IMG/VR virus record: IMGVR_UViG_3300012012_001842
DNA from: an uncultured virus (IMG/VR IMGVR_UViG_3300012012_001842)
Lineage: Duplodnaviria; Heunggongvirae; Uroviricota; Caudoviricetes
DNA: 64,000 nucleotides
Reading direction: 5' to 3' (one strand)
In this document: in pieces, positions 26,160-35,608 of the stretch
How the letters are laid out: every line of letters begins with the position of its first letter
How positions within the stretch are numbered: the first letter of the stretch is position 1
Position numbers and translations under genes: made by a program
Notes under the pieces: generated by a model
What the model saw: only the letters and a program-made list of their open reading frames with translations
Database searches by the model: none
Told to the model about the DNA's origin: nothing

Positions 26160-27535
26160 CCATGCAAAAAATCATCACCGCCGACGCGTGGTCGTTCGAT
26201 ACTGAGCAGTCGATCGCGATTCCGATGCTGCGTGGCGACATCGGTCCGAACGATCGTAAGGCGTTCTCCAAACGAGCCGACGAAGGTCTGTTGTCGAAGA
26301 TCGCACAGGCGAAGTTCAGTGACGACGAGCTGCCGATTCACATGATCGCTGTTGGCTCGACAGAATTTTTCGGCGCGAATCGTAACGGCGACGGGTTTCG
26401 AGAAGAGACGTGTCGCAATAGTCACCCGACGTTCGTCAAGCACGCCCGCTTCTACCGAAATCACAAGTCGAGCGACAAAGCCAAGAGTTACGGCGTCGTG
26501 AAGCTGTCGCACTACAACGAGAAGATGCACCGCATCGAACTCGTTGTAAGCCTCAACAAAACAGCCGAAGCCGCGCGAAGAAACGGCGGACTGATTGCCG
26601 ACAGCGAGCTGAAGAAGCTGGCCGAGGGTAAGGACATCCCTGTGTCGATGGGCTGCGGTCTGGCGTTCGATCGTTGCTCTCACTGCAGCAACGAAGCCAA
26701 GACCAGGGCCGACTATTGCGACGAAAGCATGTGCAAGGCCGGAGGGTTGAAGCACAACATGGGCAAGCTCTGCGCGGACGGTACCGTGCTGCACGCCGAC
26801 AATCCTAACCCTACGTTCAACGACATCTCGCACGTCCCTCGCCAAGCGGACCGCACAGCCTACGTTCTGGGCGCGCTGCAGAAGGCTGCGTCGGATTCCA
26901 AACGAATCATCAGCGGTGCTGAGCTGGCGGAGTTGATTTACGTCGATGAGTCACAGCCGTTGTCGAAGCTGGCAAGGGATCTCGCAGACGCCGACGCTAT
27001 GTCGCCTTCGATAGAGCTGTGCTTCGCGCTGTCGTCACGACCGCTGCCTAAGCCGCTCCCGATCGACGGCATGCGCAAGCTTTCACAGGTCGTGGCTGCG
27101 CTCGCCGACAACGGCATCGTGCTGCCAGCGGACGCCTTTGTGCATGTGCTGTCCGGTGGTAAACATTCGCATGTTGCCAGTCTGGTGAAAGTCGCCTGCG
27201 CCGGTTCGTTCGGACGCTTGTCAGTGCCGGCCTTAAACCCGTACAGTCACAGCGGTCCAGTGGCTTCAAACTGTTTGGCCTGGGCTGCGTCGCTGGCGGC
27301 AGACTACAGTTTGACGCCGACACACATCGCCAAGCGAGCTGGGTTGTCGCGATTGAAAAATGTCACGCCAACTTTGTTGAGCGTTACAAAGCTGGCCTCG
27401 ACGGATGATGCAGTTGACGAGCTTGTGCATCAGTATGGACTCTACGTGGTGGCCTCACTCGACCGGATGCGGGCCAGAAATCAGAACTTTCCATTGACAA
27501 CTGTTGCTGCGGTATTACAGAATCGCGTTCATTAG
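26156..27535 (+). CDS. Prohead (capsid maturation) protease
   Basis: ANRNGDGF...FYRNH...SYG...VSMGC...CSHC...C...C...F.DIS.V...AD pattern of large-phage HK97/herpes-like proteases; immediately upstream of scaffold and capsid. Confidence 0.75.
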   Translation: MTMQKIITADAWSFDTEQSIAIPMLRGDIGPNDRKAFSKRADEGLLSKIAQAKFSDDELPIHMIAVGSTEFFGANRNGDGFREETCRNSHPTFVKHARFYRNHKSSDKAKSYGVVKLSHYNEKMHRIELVVSLNKTAEAARRNGGLIADSELKKLAEGKDIPVSMGCGLAFDRCSHCSNEAKTRADYCDESMCKAGGLKHNMGKLCADGTVLHADNPNPTFNDISHVPRQADRTAYVLGALQKAASDSKRIISGAELAELIYVDESQPLSKLARDLADADAMSPSIELCFALSSRPLPKPLPIDGMRKLSQVVAALADNGIVLPADAFVHVLSGGKHSHVASLVKVACAGSFGRLSVPALNPYSHSGPVASNCLAWAASLAADYSLTPTHIAKRAGLSRLKNVTPTLLSVTKLASTDDAVDELVHQYGLYVVASLDRMRARNQNFPLTTVAAVLQNRVH

Positions 27536-27583
27536 CCGGTAGGGTGCGGTTTGGATGCCATCGCAATAGTCAGGGAGTGACTC

Positions 27584-28798
27584 ATGTCTGCGGCGCTTTT
27601 CAAGAAACTTGAGTTGTTGGTCGAAGAGATCGGCAGCAACAATAAGACGGCTTCGGCCTTGTCGGAACCTGACGGTAACGGAGCCACTGGCTCCGATTCT
27701 CAACACCCCAGTAAGTCGATGGATGACGGGCTTGTGCCCGCCACCACCGGATCGCTGGCTGCTGAGAAGAGCAAGGAGGTCAAAGACCTCGGCCCTGGTT
27801 CGATCGACGCGGCAACCGCCCCGGCAGCTGACAAGCCTGCTGAGTCGCGTGAGGCGAATGTCGGTCTGACGGTTTCCGGTGTCGGCAACGACTCCGCCAC
27901 CGAAGACGGCTACGTCGACAACCTCAAGGAGCCGGGCGTGGGGACGTCCACCGGCGCCAAGTTTGACGACGGACATAAGTACGCCGCCGCTGACTTCATG
28001 AAGCTCAGCAGCGATCGACGAAACACACACCTGTCGGCCCTCGCCAACGACCTGCTGGCCGACATCGTCAACACGAACCAAAAGCAGGCTGCTTCGCCAG
28101 CGTCGAAAGTCGCGACGGAGGCTCTGGCTGCAGAACTCGTCAAGGAAGCTCAGGCTGGCTACGAGCTGGCTGCTGCGATCGGCATGGAGAAGATGAGCAA
28201 CGACCAGCGTGTCGCTGCGACTATTCGTCAGACTGTCTGCGACGCCCTGTTCGACGCTGATCTCGTCGGTGCTTGGTTCAAGCAAGCTGCCGAAATGGGA
28301 CCTGAAATGGGACCCGAGGAGGGCTTGCCTCCTGGCGAAGGTCTGCCTCCGGAACTCGCCGCTGGCGGACCTCCTGGTGCCGGTCTTCCCCCTGGCGGAC
28401 CTGAAGGCGCTGGCGGACCGCCACCAGAGGCCATCGACCAAGCCCTCGGCGATGCCACCGATGGCGGACAGCAGGCCGGTCCGTCCAAGGATGAGGTCAT
28501 GCAAGAGTTGCTGATGGCCATGCAGGAGATGGGCATCACTCCCGAAGAGTTGATGCAGGTGGCCTCTGCCGGAGGCCCTCCTGGTGCTGGCGGCCCTCCT
28601 GGTGCTGGCGGCCCTCCTGAACCAGACGGTGACGAAATGCCTGCAGGTGAGCAAAAGGCCGCCAACGCAAAGAAGATCGCCAGTGCCGCCCGCGAGTACA
28701 GGCGGTCAGGCAAGTTTGAGTTCAAGACGGCCTGCTCGCCACGTCAACGGTCGATTCGCGATCACATGAAGCAGGTGCTTGGTGAGTTGGTTTCCTGA
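27584..28798 (+). CDS. Putative scaffold / internal core protein
   Basis: Acidic, GGPP-rich, about 11 K-x-A/S motifs; lies between protease and capsid genes. Confidence 0.55.
   Translation: MSAALFKKLELLVEEIGSNNKTASALSEPDGNGATGSDSQHPSKSMDDGLVPATTGSLAAEKSKEVKDLGPGSIDAATAPAADKPAESREANVGLTVSGVGNDSATEDGYVDNLKEPGVGTSTGAKFDDGHKYAAADFMKLSSDRRNTHLSALANDLLADIVNTNQKQAASPASKVATEALAAELVKEAQAGYELAAAIGMEKMSNDQRVAATIRQTVCDALFDADLVGAWFKQAAEMGPEMGPEEGLPPGEGLPPELAAGGPPGAGLPPGGPEGAGGPPPEAIDQALGDATDGGQQAGPSKDEVMQELLMAMQEMGITPEELMQVASAGGPPGAGGPPGAGGPPEPDGDEMPAGEQKAANAKKIASAAREYRRSGKFEFKTACSPRQRSIRDHMKQVLGELVS
28573..28618 (+). repeat. 18-bp coding tandem repeat (GPPGAG)
   Basis: ggccctcctggtgctggc x2.5. Confidence 0.7.
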
Positions 28799-28828
28799 CA
28801 CAAAACACTTAGGTCCAAGGACTTCTCC

Positions 28829-29212
28829 ATGACTGTGACTTTTCAAGAAAAGGTGGCCTCTTACGTGGAGCTGACTTCAGCAGCCCTCGAAGATGCGAAC
28901 ACCAAACTCGCCGCACACGCCGCCGCGGCGGACACGTACGCCGCCAAGGTGAACACGGCGGTGGACAACCTCGTCAAACACGGCTTCCTGAAGGAGTCGA
29001 ATCGTGCTCGCGCCATCCGCGAGCTGCAAAGTCCGGAATTCGCCATCGACCAGCTTGTCAAGGTGGCGTTGGCACAGCCGGTCGAAGTCGGTTCGTCTCT
29101 GGGTACTGCGGTGTCTCCAGCCGGGCAAGTGAAGACGAGCAACGCCCGTAATCGACGCCAGCACGACATCGACTTTGTGACCAGCCTCGGTCTGACAGCC
29201 GAGTACGCTTGA
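28829..29212 (+). CDS. Small helical head-assembly protein
   Basis: EKVAS, TKLAA, VKVAL, VKTSN motifs; position in the head module. Confidence 0.55.
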   Translation: MTVTFQEKVASYVELTSAALEDANTKLAAHAAAADTYAAKVNTAVDNLVKHGFLKESNRARAIRELQSPEFAIDQLVKVALAQPVEVGSSLGTAVSPAGQVKTSNARNRRQHDIDFVTSLGLTAEYA

Positions 29213-29272
29213 TTGATCTGATCCCAACGTGCATCTGACGCACAGACTATTTGAACCAGGGAGGGTTTCGGT

Positions 29273-29839
29273 ATGCCTACGCTTTCTTCGCCAGCTTCGA
29301 TTTTTGAACACACGCTGGATGCTGTCTCCGGCTACGACAAGGAGCGAGGACTGGCCTACACGGCTGTTCTCGACGACGCCGTCACCATCGACATCTACCC
29401 TGGCCGCGTTGCTCACCTGAACGCCGCCGGTAAGTTCGAGATGGGCGTCACCGGCAAGCAGATGCCGTTGTTCCTCATGCCTCCTTCGCACCCGCTGGGT
29501 GCTAACCCGTCCGTTTCGCCATACTGGCGAGGTGTCGGTACGTTCCCTCTGACCGGGCTTCCAGCTACGGCCGGTTTGGAACTTGCCACGACAGAGTACG
29601 ACGCCACAAACACCTACGTGCCGAACGACCTGTTGACGGCTGTCGCCAGCAACACGGTTCAAGCCACCGGTGGACTGATCACCAACGAGAATGCGTCCGG
29701 AACCGCACTCACCGCCCCGTACATCTCCGGCGGAACCACGCGAACCGTGATTGGCATGGTGTCCAAGGCTCCGACGCAGCTGCGCAACGGCAACACCGTC
29801 TTGTCGTTCTGGACCCATCTCATCCTCGGCGCGACGTGA
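29273..29839 (+). CDS. Putative capsid decoration/cement protein
   Basis: 188-aa beta-rich ORF directly before the capsid gene; strong RBS. Confidence 0.5.
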   Translation: MPTLSSPASIFEHTLDAVSGYDKERGLAYTAVLDDAVTIDIYPGRVAHLNAAGKFEMGVTGKQMPLFLMPPSHPLGANPSVSPYWRGVGTFPLTGLPATAGLELATTEYDATNTYVPNDLLTAVASNTVQATGGLITNENASGTALTAPYISGGTTRTVIGMVSKAPTQLRNGNTVLSFWTHLILGAT

Positions 29840-29896
29840 GTCTCGTCCGGCTAGTGTCTTCTCTTTAACAACAATTTCGTCGCAGGGAGGCGATTC

Positions 29897-30841
29897 ATGT
29901 CCAGTAAGTCAGCATCGCAGGTTGTCAACAGCGTTCTGCTCGAACAACTCGCAACGCCCGGTCTGCAGAAGCAGGCCGAGGACGCCTTGAACAGCTTCAC
30001 GCGATCGGAAATGCGTGAAGAGGGGGCGTTCCGCAAGATTCTGCCGATGTCGGAAATCGGCGACGACGAACTTGACGCGCAAATCGGAACCGATTCGCTG
30101 GTCAAGATCTTCTGGAAGGAACCTGGTAGTCCGGGTGCCATGTCCGTGCCGTTTGCTGGTTCGCCTCGGGCGTTCTTCATTCGCGGCTCGAACTATCCGT
30201 TGTACTTCTCCAACATCATCGGTCCGAAGCACATCAAGGACATCAACGAGCTTCGCGTCTATCCGTACGACATCCGCCAGGTGTTGACGGATCACGCCAT
30301 CCGAGATGTCCAAGAGGAAGAGGACAAGCGTTGGTTCACCGACGGCATCGACGCCGCGATGGTGGGCGTGAATCAGGTCTCGCCATTCACCAACCGGGTG
30401 CAGTGGTCGCAGATCAGCGGCGGTTGGACGCGTGGTAACGTCGTGCAGGCCATGAAGTCGTTGCCGAGCGGCACGACCAAGACCAAGGCCGACACCTGCG
30501 TCATCAACTCCGTTACCGTCTACGACTTCCAAAAGTGGGGTCGTGACGAATGGGGCGGTGACATGTCTCAGGACATCCTCAAGAACGGCCGCGCCGAAGG
30601 CAGCTGGTTGGTCGGCGACTTCATGCAAGCTCGCTGGTTGGTCACGATCAAGCACAACCTGGTTCCGGACGGAAGTCTTTACTGCTTCTCGACTCCGGAA
30701 TACATCGGGAAATCTTGTTCATTGATGGACATTACCATGTACATCGAAAGACGGGGCACGACAATCGAATTTTATCCGTACGAAACCATCGGCGCGGCCA
30801 TCGGCAACGTCGGCGGCTTCACACGTACCGACATCGTCTGA
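29897..30841 (+). CDS. Major capsid protein (HK97-like fold, inferred)
   Basis: 314 aa; follows protease-scaffold-decoration; strong RBS; followed by a 16-bp terminator hairpin; REEGAFRKILP and YETIGAAIGN patterns. Confidence 0.75.
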   Translation: MSSKSASQVVNSVLLEQLATPGLQKQAEDALNSFTRSEMREEGAFRKILPMSEIGDDELDAQIGTDSLVKIFWKEPGSPGAMSVPFAGSPRAFFIRGSNYPLYFSNIIGPKHIKDINELRVYPYDIRQVLTDHAIRDVQEEEDKRWFTDGIDAAMVGVNQVSPFTNRVQWSQISGGWTRGNVVQAMKSLPSGTTKTKADTCVINSVTVYDFQKWGRDEWGGDMSQDILKNGRAEGSWLVGDFMQARWLVTIKHNLVPDGSLYCFSTPEYIGKSCSLMDITMYIERRGTTIEFYPYETIGAAIGNVGGFTRTDIV

Positions 30842-30852
30842 TCGGTGTAGCG

Positions 30853-30892
30853 GTGACGGGCGTCGTTCGTCAGAATGGCGCCCGTCACTTTT
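30853..30892 (+). terminator. Intrinsic terminator after the capsid gene
   Basis: GTGACGGGCGTCGTTC-gtca-GAATGGCGCCCGTCAC (16 bp, two G-U) followed by TTTT. Confidence 0.75.
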
Positions 30893-30922
30893 CGCGCACA
30901 ATTTTTCAATTGAGGGGGCTTC

Positions 30923-31306
30923 ATGCCAGCTACGAACACGGCGGAGCAGGACTACGACGTCATCTTCAACAATGCCTACGCTCCGGCATTTTTCAACAAG
31001 CTCGCCGCTGACTACGGCGTAGTCCCGCAGACCGAAGAGCAGGCCGTCAGCCTGTTGCGTCAGGCGGGCAAGTTGCGAACAGCCCACGACGGGCAAGTGG
31101 TCAAGCAGGCATCCGCCACGCTCGACCCGATCACAGCTGCCGAGCAGAGGCTGGATCAAACTCTGAACAAGCTGGCCGGCCACGATCCGTGGCACCAGGA
31201 CTCACAAATCGACGCCTTCACGGCTCAGCTGGCGTCCGATCCGAATATCGCCAGTGCGGTCATCGGCTACCAAAACGCGGTCGCTAAAACCGCTCTCGCC
31301 AAGTAA
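30923..31306 (+). CDS. Small head-region protein
   Basis: NKLAA, VKQAS, NKLAG, AKTAL motifs. Confidence 0.6.
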   Translation: MPATNTAEQDYDVIFNNAYAPAFFNKLAADYGVVPQTEEQAVSLLRQAGKLRTAHDGQVVKQASATLDPITAAEQRLDQTLNKLAGHDPWHQDSQIDAFTAQLASDPNIASAVIGYQNAVAKTALAK

Positions 31307-31339
31307 CACGAACGGTCACGTTCGACAAGGAGGTCACTC

Positions 31340-31657
31340 GTGTCGCTACCATGTCTCTATACCACGGTCAAGAATATCTCCGGTGCGTCGATGCACTTCG
31401 GCTTCTTGCCGCCTCACGGCGTCACGCTTGCTGACGATGCTGAATTGTCGCTGCCCGGCGACCTGACCACACGACTCGCTTCGCAGCACAACGGCGCGCG
31501 TCAGTTCGCCGCGCTGGAGTCGGCTCTGACGGCACAGCTGGTGAGGATCACTAAGACACCTGCTGTCATCCTGTACGATCCGACTGAATCGAACAGCAGG
31601 CAACTCGCCTTGGACAGTGAAGTTCTTGGCTCGGTAACTCCGTGCTGGGTAGACTGA
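31340..31657 (+). CDS. Hypothetical virion protein
   Basis: AAGGAGG RBS and GTG start. Confidence 0.6.
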   Translation: MSLPCLYTTVKNISGASMHFGFLPPHGVTLADDAELSLPGDLTTRLASQHNGARQFAALESALTAQLVRITKTPAVILYDPTESNSRQLALDSEVLGSVTPCWVD

Positions 31658-31700
31658 CAAAGCCGAGGGGTGATTGACGGAGTTCCTTTCCTCCGCCATT

Positions 31701-31740
31701 CGACGACAGCCAGGGTCTCGCCCCCTGGCTGTTGTCGTTT
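31701..31740 (+). terminator. Strong hairpin / terminator
   Basis: CGACGACAGCCAGGG-tctcgcc-CCCTGGCTGTTGTCG (15 bp, one G-U) followed by TTT. Confidence 0.6.
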
Positions 31741-31781
31741 CCACGGCAGGCGATTATCGTGAGTTGAGGAGACCCGACACC

Positions 31782-33032
31782 TTGCTCAGTTTGTACACCC
31801 CCACTAATTCCACGGCATTTCTCGAAGAAGCTTGGCAGTCCTTGAAAGATCAGGACGCGGACTTCGAGTGGATCATTGTCCCGAACGGCAACTGCCAGTC
31901 CTTACCGCAGACGCTGCTGGCGGACTCCAGAGTCCACGCTTTTCCGGCGACGCACCTCACAGGCCGTATCGGCGCGCTGAAGAAGTTCGCCGTCAAACAC
32001 GCCCAGGGCGACGTGTTCATCGAGTTCGATCACGACGACCTGTTGATGCCGAACGCACTGAAGCGAATCGCCGACAGCGTCGATGCGACCAAGCCGCAGT
32101 TCCTGTTCTCCGACTTCGCCGCCTTCGAGGACGCCTTCAAGCCGTTCCTGTACGACAAGAACTACGGCTGGCGTACGTACCCGGTCACGTACAACGGACG
32201 CGAGCTCATTGCGCATCGGCAGTTCGACATTGACCCTGTGGCACTCTCCAGCCTGCACTTCTCGCCGAACCACGTCCGCGTCTGGACCCGTGCGGCTTAC
32301 GAGTTGGCCGGTCACTACTCCGAGGCATACGACATCGCCGACGACTACGAGCTGATGCTGCGAACTTACCTCACCGGCGCTGAGTTCATTCACATCCCCG
32401 AGTGCCTGTACTTGCAGCGGATGCACCGCCACAGCGCCTCTGCGGCGAAGAACGCGCAGATTCAGTCGATTCAGCAGGAGCTGTCCAATCAGAACGCCTA
32501 CCATGTGCTGGACGAGTGGCGACGCCGAAACGACCTCCCCGCCTTTGCACTCTCCGTCTCGGCCAGCACCGAAAGCCGGTACCCCGTCCTGACTCCGCTG
32601 GCCGACACGGTGAGACACGAGACCGGAGTCAGATTTCAAGGGCTGTCCGATCTTCCTGACAACTCGGTTGGCCGACTCGAAGTTCGTCACCTGTTGCCGT
32701 ACCTACCACCCAACCTCGTGTTGCCGTTCTTCGAGGAGTGTCACCGCGTTTTGGCTGCTGGCGGGTGGCTCTGTTGTCAGGCCCCTTCCACCGACGGACG
32801 CGCGGCGTTCACCAATCCCCTCTACCGCACGTTCTGGAACGAGACTACATTCTGGACGTTCACGAAGACCAAGTTCGCAGCCCTGGCCGGCGGTCACAAC
32901 GCCCGCTTCTACGCCGTACGCGAGTGGACTGCCTGGCCGATGTGGGAGCACCGGGCGGAGCAGTATGCCGAGGTCTGTGTGGATCTCGTCGCATTGAAGG
33001 GTCAAACACAACCTGGCTGGACTGGGATCTGA
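31782..33032 (+). CDS. GT2 glycosyltransferase fused to a methyltransferase-like domain
   Basis: SLYTPT...FEWIIV, FIEFDHDD (DxD), DDYELMLR, HIPECLY; C-terminal FFEECHRVLAAGGW..PSTDGRAAF; TTG at 31782 with GAGGAG RBS. Confidence 0.8.
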   Translation: MLSLYTPTNSTAFLEEAWQSLKDQDADFEWIIVPNGNCQSLPQTLLADSRVHAFPATHLTGRIGALKKFAVKHAQGDVFIEFDHDDLLMPNALKRIADSVDATKPQFLFSDFAAFEDAFKPFLYDKNYGWRTYPVTYNGRELIAHRQFDIDPVALSSLHFSPNHVRVWTRAAYELAGHYSEAYDIADDYELMLRTYLTGAEFIHIPECLYLQRMHRHSASAAKNAQIQSIQQELSNQNAYHVLDEWRRRNDLPAFALSVSASTESRYPVLTPLADTVRHETGVRFQGLSDLPDNSVGRLEVRHLLPYLPPNLVLPFFEECHRVLAAGGWLCCQAPSTDGRAAFTNPLYRTFWNETTFWTFTKTKFAALAGGHNARFYAVREWTAWPMWEHRAEQYAEVCVDLVALKGQTQPGWTGI

Positions 33033-33033
33033 C

Positions 33034-33879
33034 ATGGCAACGGTACCGCAACGAAACCCAGATCACTTTGGCGGAGCCAGGGTCAAACAGAAGCGTCGCA
33101 CGATCGTCGTCCGCGCCGGTTCGTACACGCCGGTGAATTTCGTGATGGAGAACGAACTCGGACAGCCGGTCGATCTCACCACCTACGGCTTGGACTCCAG
33201 CGAGAGCGGCTCGTCGGAACCAGCCGCTCAGCTGATCGCGAAATTCGTCGAGCACGCGGACTCCGGAGAGTCGGAGGTCAACGCCACGATCGTCAACGCC
33301 GAGGAAGGGCTGGTGTCGATCATCATCCCGTCCGGCATCTTGACGAGGCCCGGTGTGTGGTTGGCCGAATTCATCGTCGTGGACGACCAGGATCGTCACG
33401 TCTTCGCCAACCAGGCATACCTCTACGTCGAGCGATCAGCGTCGCAGACTGACTGCGGTGGGCTGCCCGCCATCCCCGAGGTTCGCATGTACTTGCGGGA
33501 CTTCGCCAGCGAGAACGAACTCCTGGATGTGGTGGACTTCGACGCCAGTGAAATTGCCTTCGCGGCGTCGATGTGCGTGGACGAGTGGAACGAGATGGAC
33601 CCGATGGACGGCCCTCGATACACGACGCACAACTTCCCGTACCGCCGCAACTGGCTCGTCGGCATGTCGTCCTACTTGTTCCAAATCGCAGCCGAGCACT
33701 ACGCCCGCAACTCGCTGGCGTACCAGGCGGGCGGGATGAGCTTTGATGACAAAAATCGTGCGAGCGTTTACCAGCAGAAGGCGCAGATGGCGAGACAGGA
33801 GTGGGTCCAGTTCGCGCTGTCCCGCAAGATGGTCATGTCGGTGCAGGGCGGCTACCGAGAAATTCCCGGCTTCTTCTAG
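33034..33879 (+). CDS. Head-tail adaptor/neck protein with N-terminal Ig-like domain
   Basis: GQPVDLT..GLVS..G.W.AEF (BppU-like); VRMYLRD..ENELLD, RNSLAYQAGG.SFDDK; position after capsid. Confidence 0.6.
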   Translation: MATVPQRNPDHFGGARVKQKRRTIVVRAGSYTPVNFVMENELGQPVDLTTYGLDSSESGSSEPAAQLIAKFVEHADSGESEVNATIVNAEEGLVSIIIPSGILTRPGVWLAEFIVVDDQDRHVFANQAYLYVERSASQTDCGGLPAIPEVRMYLRDFASENELLDVVDFDASEIAFAASMCVDEWNEMDPMDGPRYTTHNFPYRRNWLVGMSSYLFQIAAEHYARNSLAYQAGGMSFDDKNRASVYQQKAQMARQEWVQFALSRKMVMSVQGGYREIPGFF

Positions 33880-33888
33880 GACTGACGC

Positions 33889-34734
33889 GTGCCCAATACC
33901 CGTGACAACGTGTTTGACAGAGTGGTCGTGGATCACATCGTGGCCGGGGATACCCGTGTGGTGTGGCGTCTGCGCGACGACTTCGTTGACGCTCAGCCGC
34001 ACACGTTCCGGCTGCAGACCGGGGAGTCAGGGGTCGCCGCCGCTGACGATTGGCTCAACGTCGGCTCACCGGTCGTAGATTCGTTCCTGGCCTTCGATCC
34101 GACGCAGCGTGACTACGCCATCACACAGACTTCTCACTATCGCGTGAAGCTGACCACAGCAGTTGGCGCGTACTTCTCGCAACCGGCCGCCTGTTGGAGC
34201 CATCTGCATCGACACGACTGGCTCAACGCTCGCGCGGTGGTTCGCCGGGAGCTGCTGCGTCATCGCGTGGCGAGCTCCGAACCTGGATGGCTGTTCAAGC
34301 GACGCCAGAAAACCGCCAAGATCGTCGATCCGCACATCATCGATCCACTGACGGGCGAAGTCATCAAGACCAGCAACACAGCCGGGATCGGCACCGGCTG
34401 CGTCGGCGGTTACTTCGCGCCCGTATCGTTTTGGATGGACCTGCAGCCGACGGCTCGATACTCACGGCGCGATGAAAGCCGCGGTCAGGTGGACGACATC
34501 AACACGCTCGGACGCGCTGTCGCGTTTCCGCAGCTGGAGCATGGGGACGTCTGGGCCAGCAGCACGGGCGACGCCCGTTATGCGATTCACGAAATTCGTG
34601 CTGAGGCTCTCGTCCGAAACACGCCGATCATTGTCTCAGCCTCCTTGCGACGGCTCTCGCCATCCGATCCAATCTATGAGCTGCCGCTGCCGCCGCGACC
34701 AGCGTTGCAAACTGTCGATCGTTGGGAGGTTTGA
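33889..34734 (+). CDS. Putative head closure/neck protein
   Basis: GTGCVGGYFAP, FPQL..GD..RY.I, L..SDPIY pattern; synteny. Confidence 0.5.
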   Translation: MPNTRDNVFDRVVVDHIVAGDTRVVWRLRDDFVDAQPHTFRLQTGESGVAAADDWLNVGSPVVDSFLAFDPTQRDYAITQTSHYRVKLTTAVGAYFSQPAACWSHLHRHDWLNARAVVRRELLRHRVASSEPGWLFKRRQKTAKIVDPHIIDPLTGEVIKTSNTAGIGTGCVGGYFAPVSFWMDLQPTARYSRRDESRGQVDDINTLGRAVAFPQLEHGDVWASSTGDARYAIHEIRAEALVRNTPIIVSASLRRLSPSDPIYELPLPPRPALQTVDRWEV

Positions 34735-34736
34735 AA

Positions 34737-34946
34737 ATGGCCGCCGCTGAAAAATCCGCCTCGACAAACCACGACCAGCTCAGCTTGTGGGGCTACCAAC
34801 CCAACCAGCAGGGACGCGACCAGGGTCACGGACTTCCTCAACAGTCCGCACAACCACAGATCAGCTTGCATGGCTACCAGCCAGATCAGCAGCTCATCGA
34901 CCAAGCTCTTGGGCTCAATCGGCCGACCGACAAACCACAAAGGTAA
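34737..34946 (+). CDS. Small Gln-rich protein with internal repeat
   Basis: GGGAGG RBS; EKSAS; QLSLWGYQPNQQ / QISLHGYQPDQQ. Confidence 0.55.
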   Translation: MAAAEKSASTNHDQLSLWGYQPNQQGRDQGHGLPQQSAQPQISLHGYQPDQQLIDQALGLNRPTDKPQR

Positions 34947-34949
34947 GAC

Positions 34950-35579
34950 GTGCTCACTCCTCCGCAGGTTGTCGTCGATAACGTCAGCTCCGTCTGTTCG
35001 TTGGGAATGCGTCCGCACTTGATGACCGGATTTTTGCGGCAACATCTCATCGCGCACTTCTCGCAGCCGGATCAGATCGAACACCCCAACCTGCGCGAGT
35101 ACCTTTGGCGGGCTGAGATCGAGCGATCTAAGATTTTGATCGAGTCGTTGACGCAGTGGAAACCGGAGAACGCCGGTACGCGGCCGGCAATCCTGATCCG
35201 TCGAAACGCCTGGCAAAATCAGCGCATGGGCATCGGCGACTACCTTCAAGGCGCCACGGTCATCGAAGGCCACGACAGGTATTCGACGCTCATGCAAGGC
35301 AGCCACACGATATTCTGCTTGACGACTACCCCTGGTGAATGCGAAACTCTAGCCGCCGAGGTTTACCGAGAGCTGTTGCAGTTCGGACCAGTGATTCGTG
35401 AAACATTGTCACTGATGCGATTCGTGCTGACTGAGGTCGGGCAGATGAAACCTGTGCTGGAAGCCGGAGAGCACTACGCCACGCCAGTGACAGTTTCCTA
35501 CGCCCACACCGAAGACTGGATTATTCGGCGGCACGCTCCGGTGCTGAACCACATTGAACTTTCCGAATTCAGACCCTAG
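34950..35579 (+). CDS. Putative tail terminator/completion protein
   Basis: 209 aa immediately upstream of the sheath; RPAILIRR. Confidence 0.5.
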   Translation: MLTPPQVVVDNVSSVCSLGMRPHLMTGFLRQHLIAHFSQPDQIEHPNLREYLWRAEIERSKILIESLTQWKPENAGTRPAILIRRNAWQNQRMGIGDYLQGATVIEGHDRYSTLMQGSHTIFCLTTTPGECETLAAEVYRELLQFGPVIRETLSLMRFVLTEVGQMKPVLEAGEHYATPVTVSYAHTEDWIIRRHAPVLNHIELSEFRP

Positions 35580-35608
35580 TAGTTGATGTTGAGGCAGGGA
35601 GGCCACAC

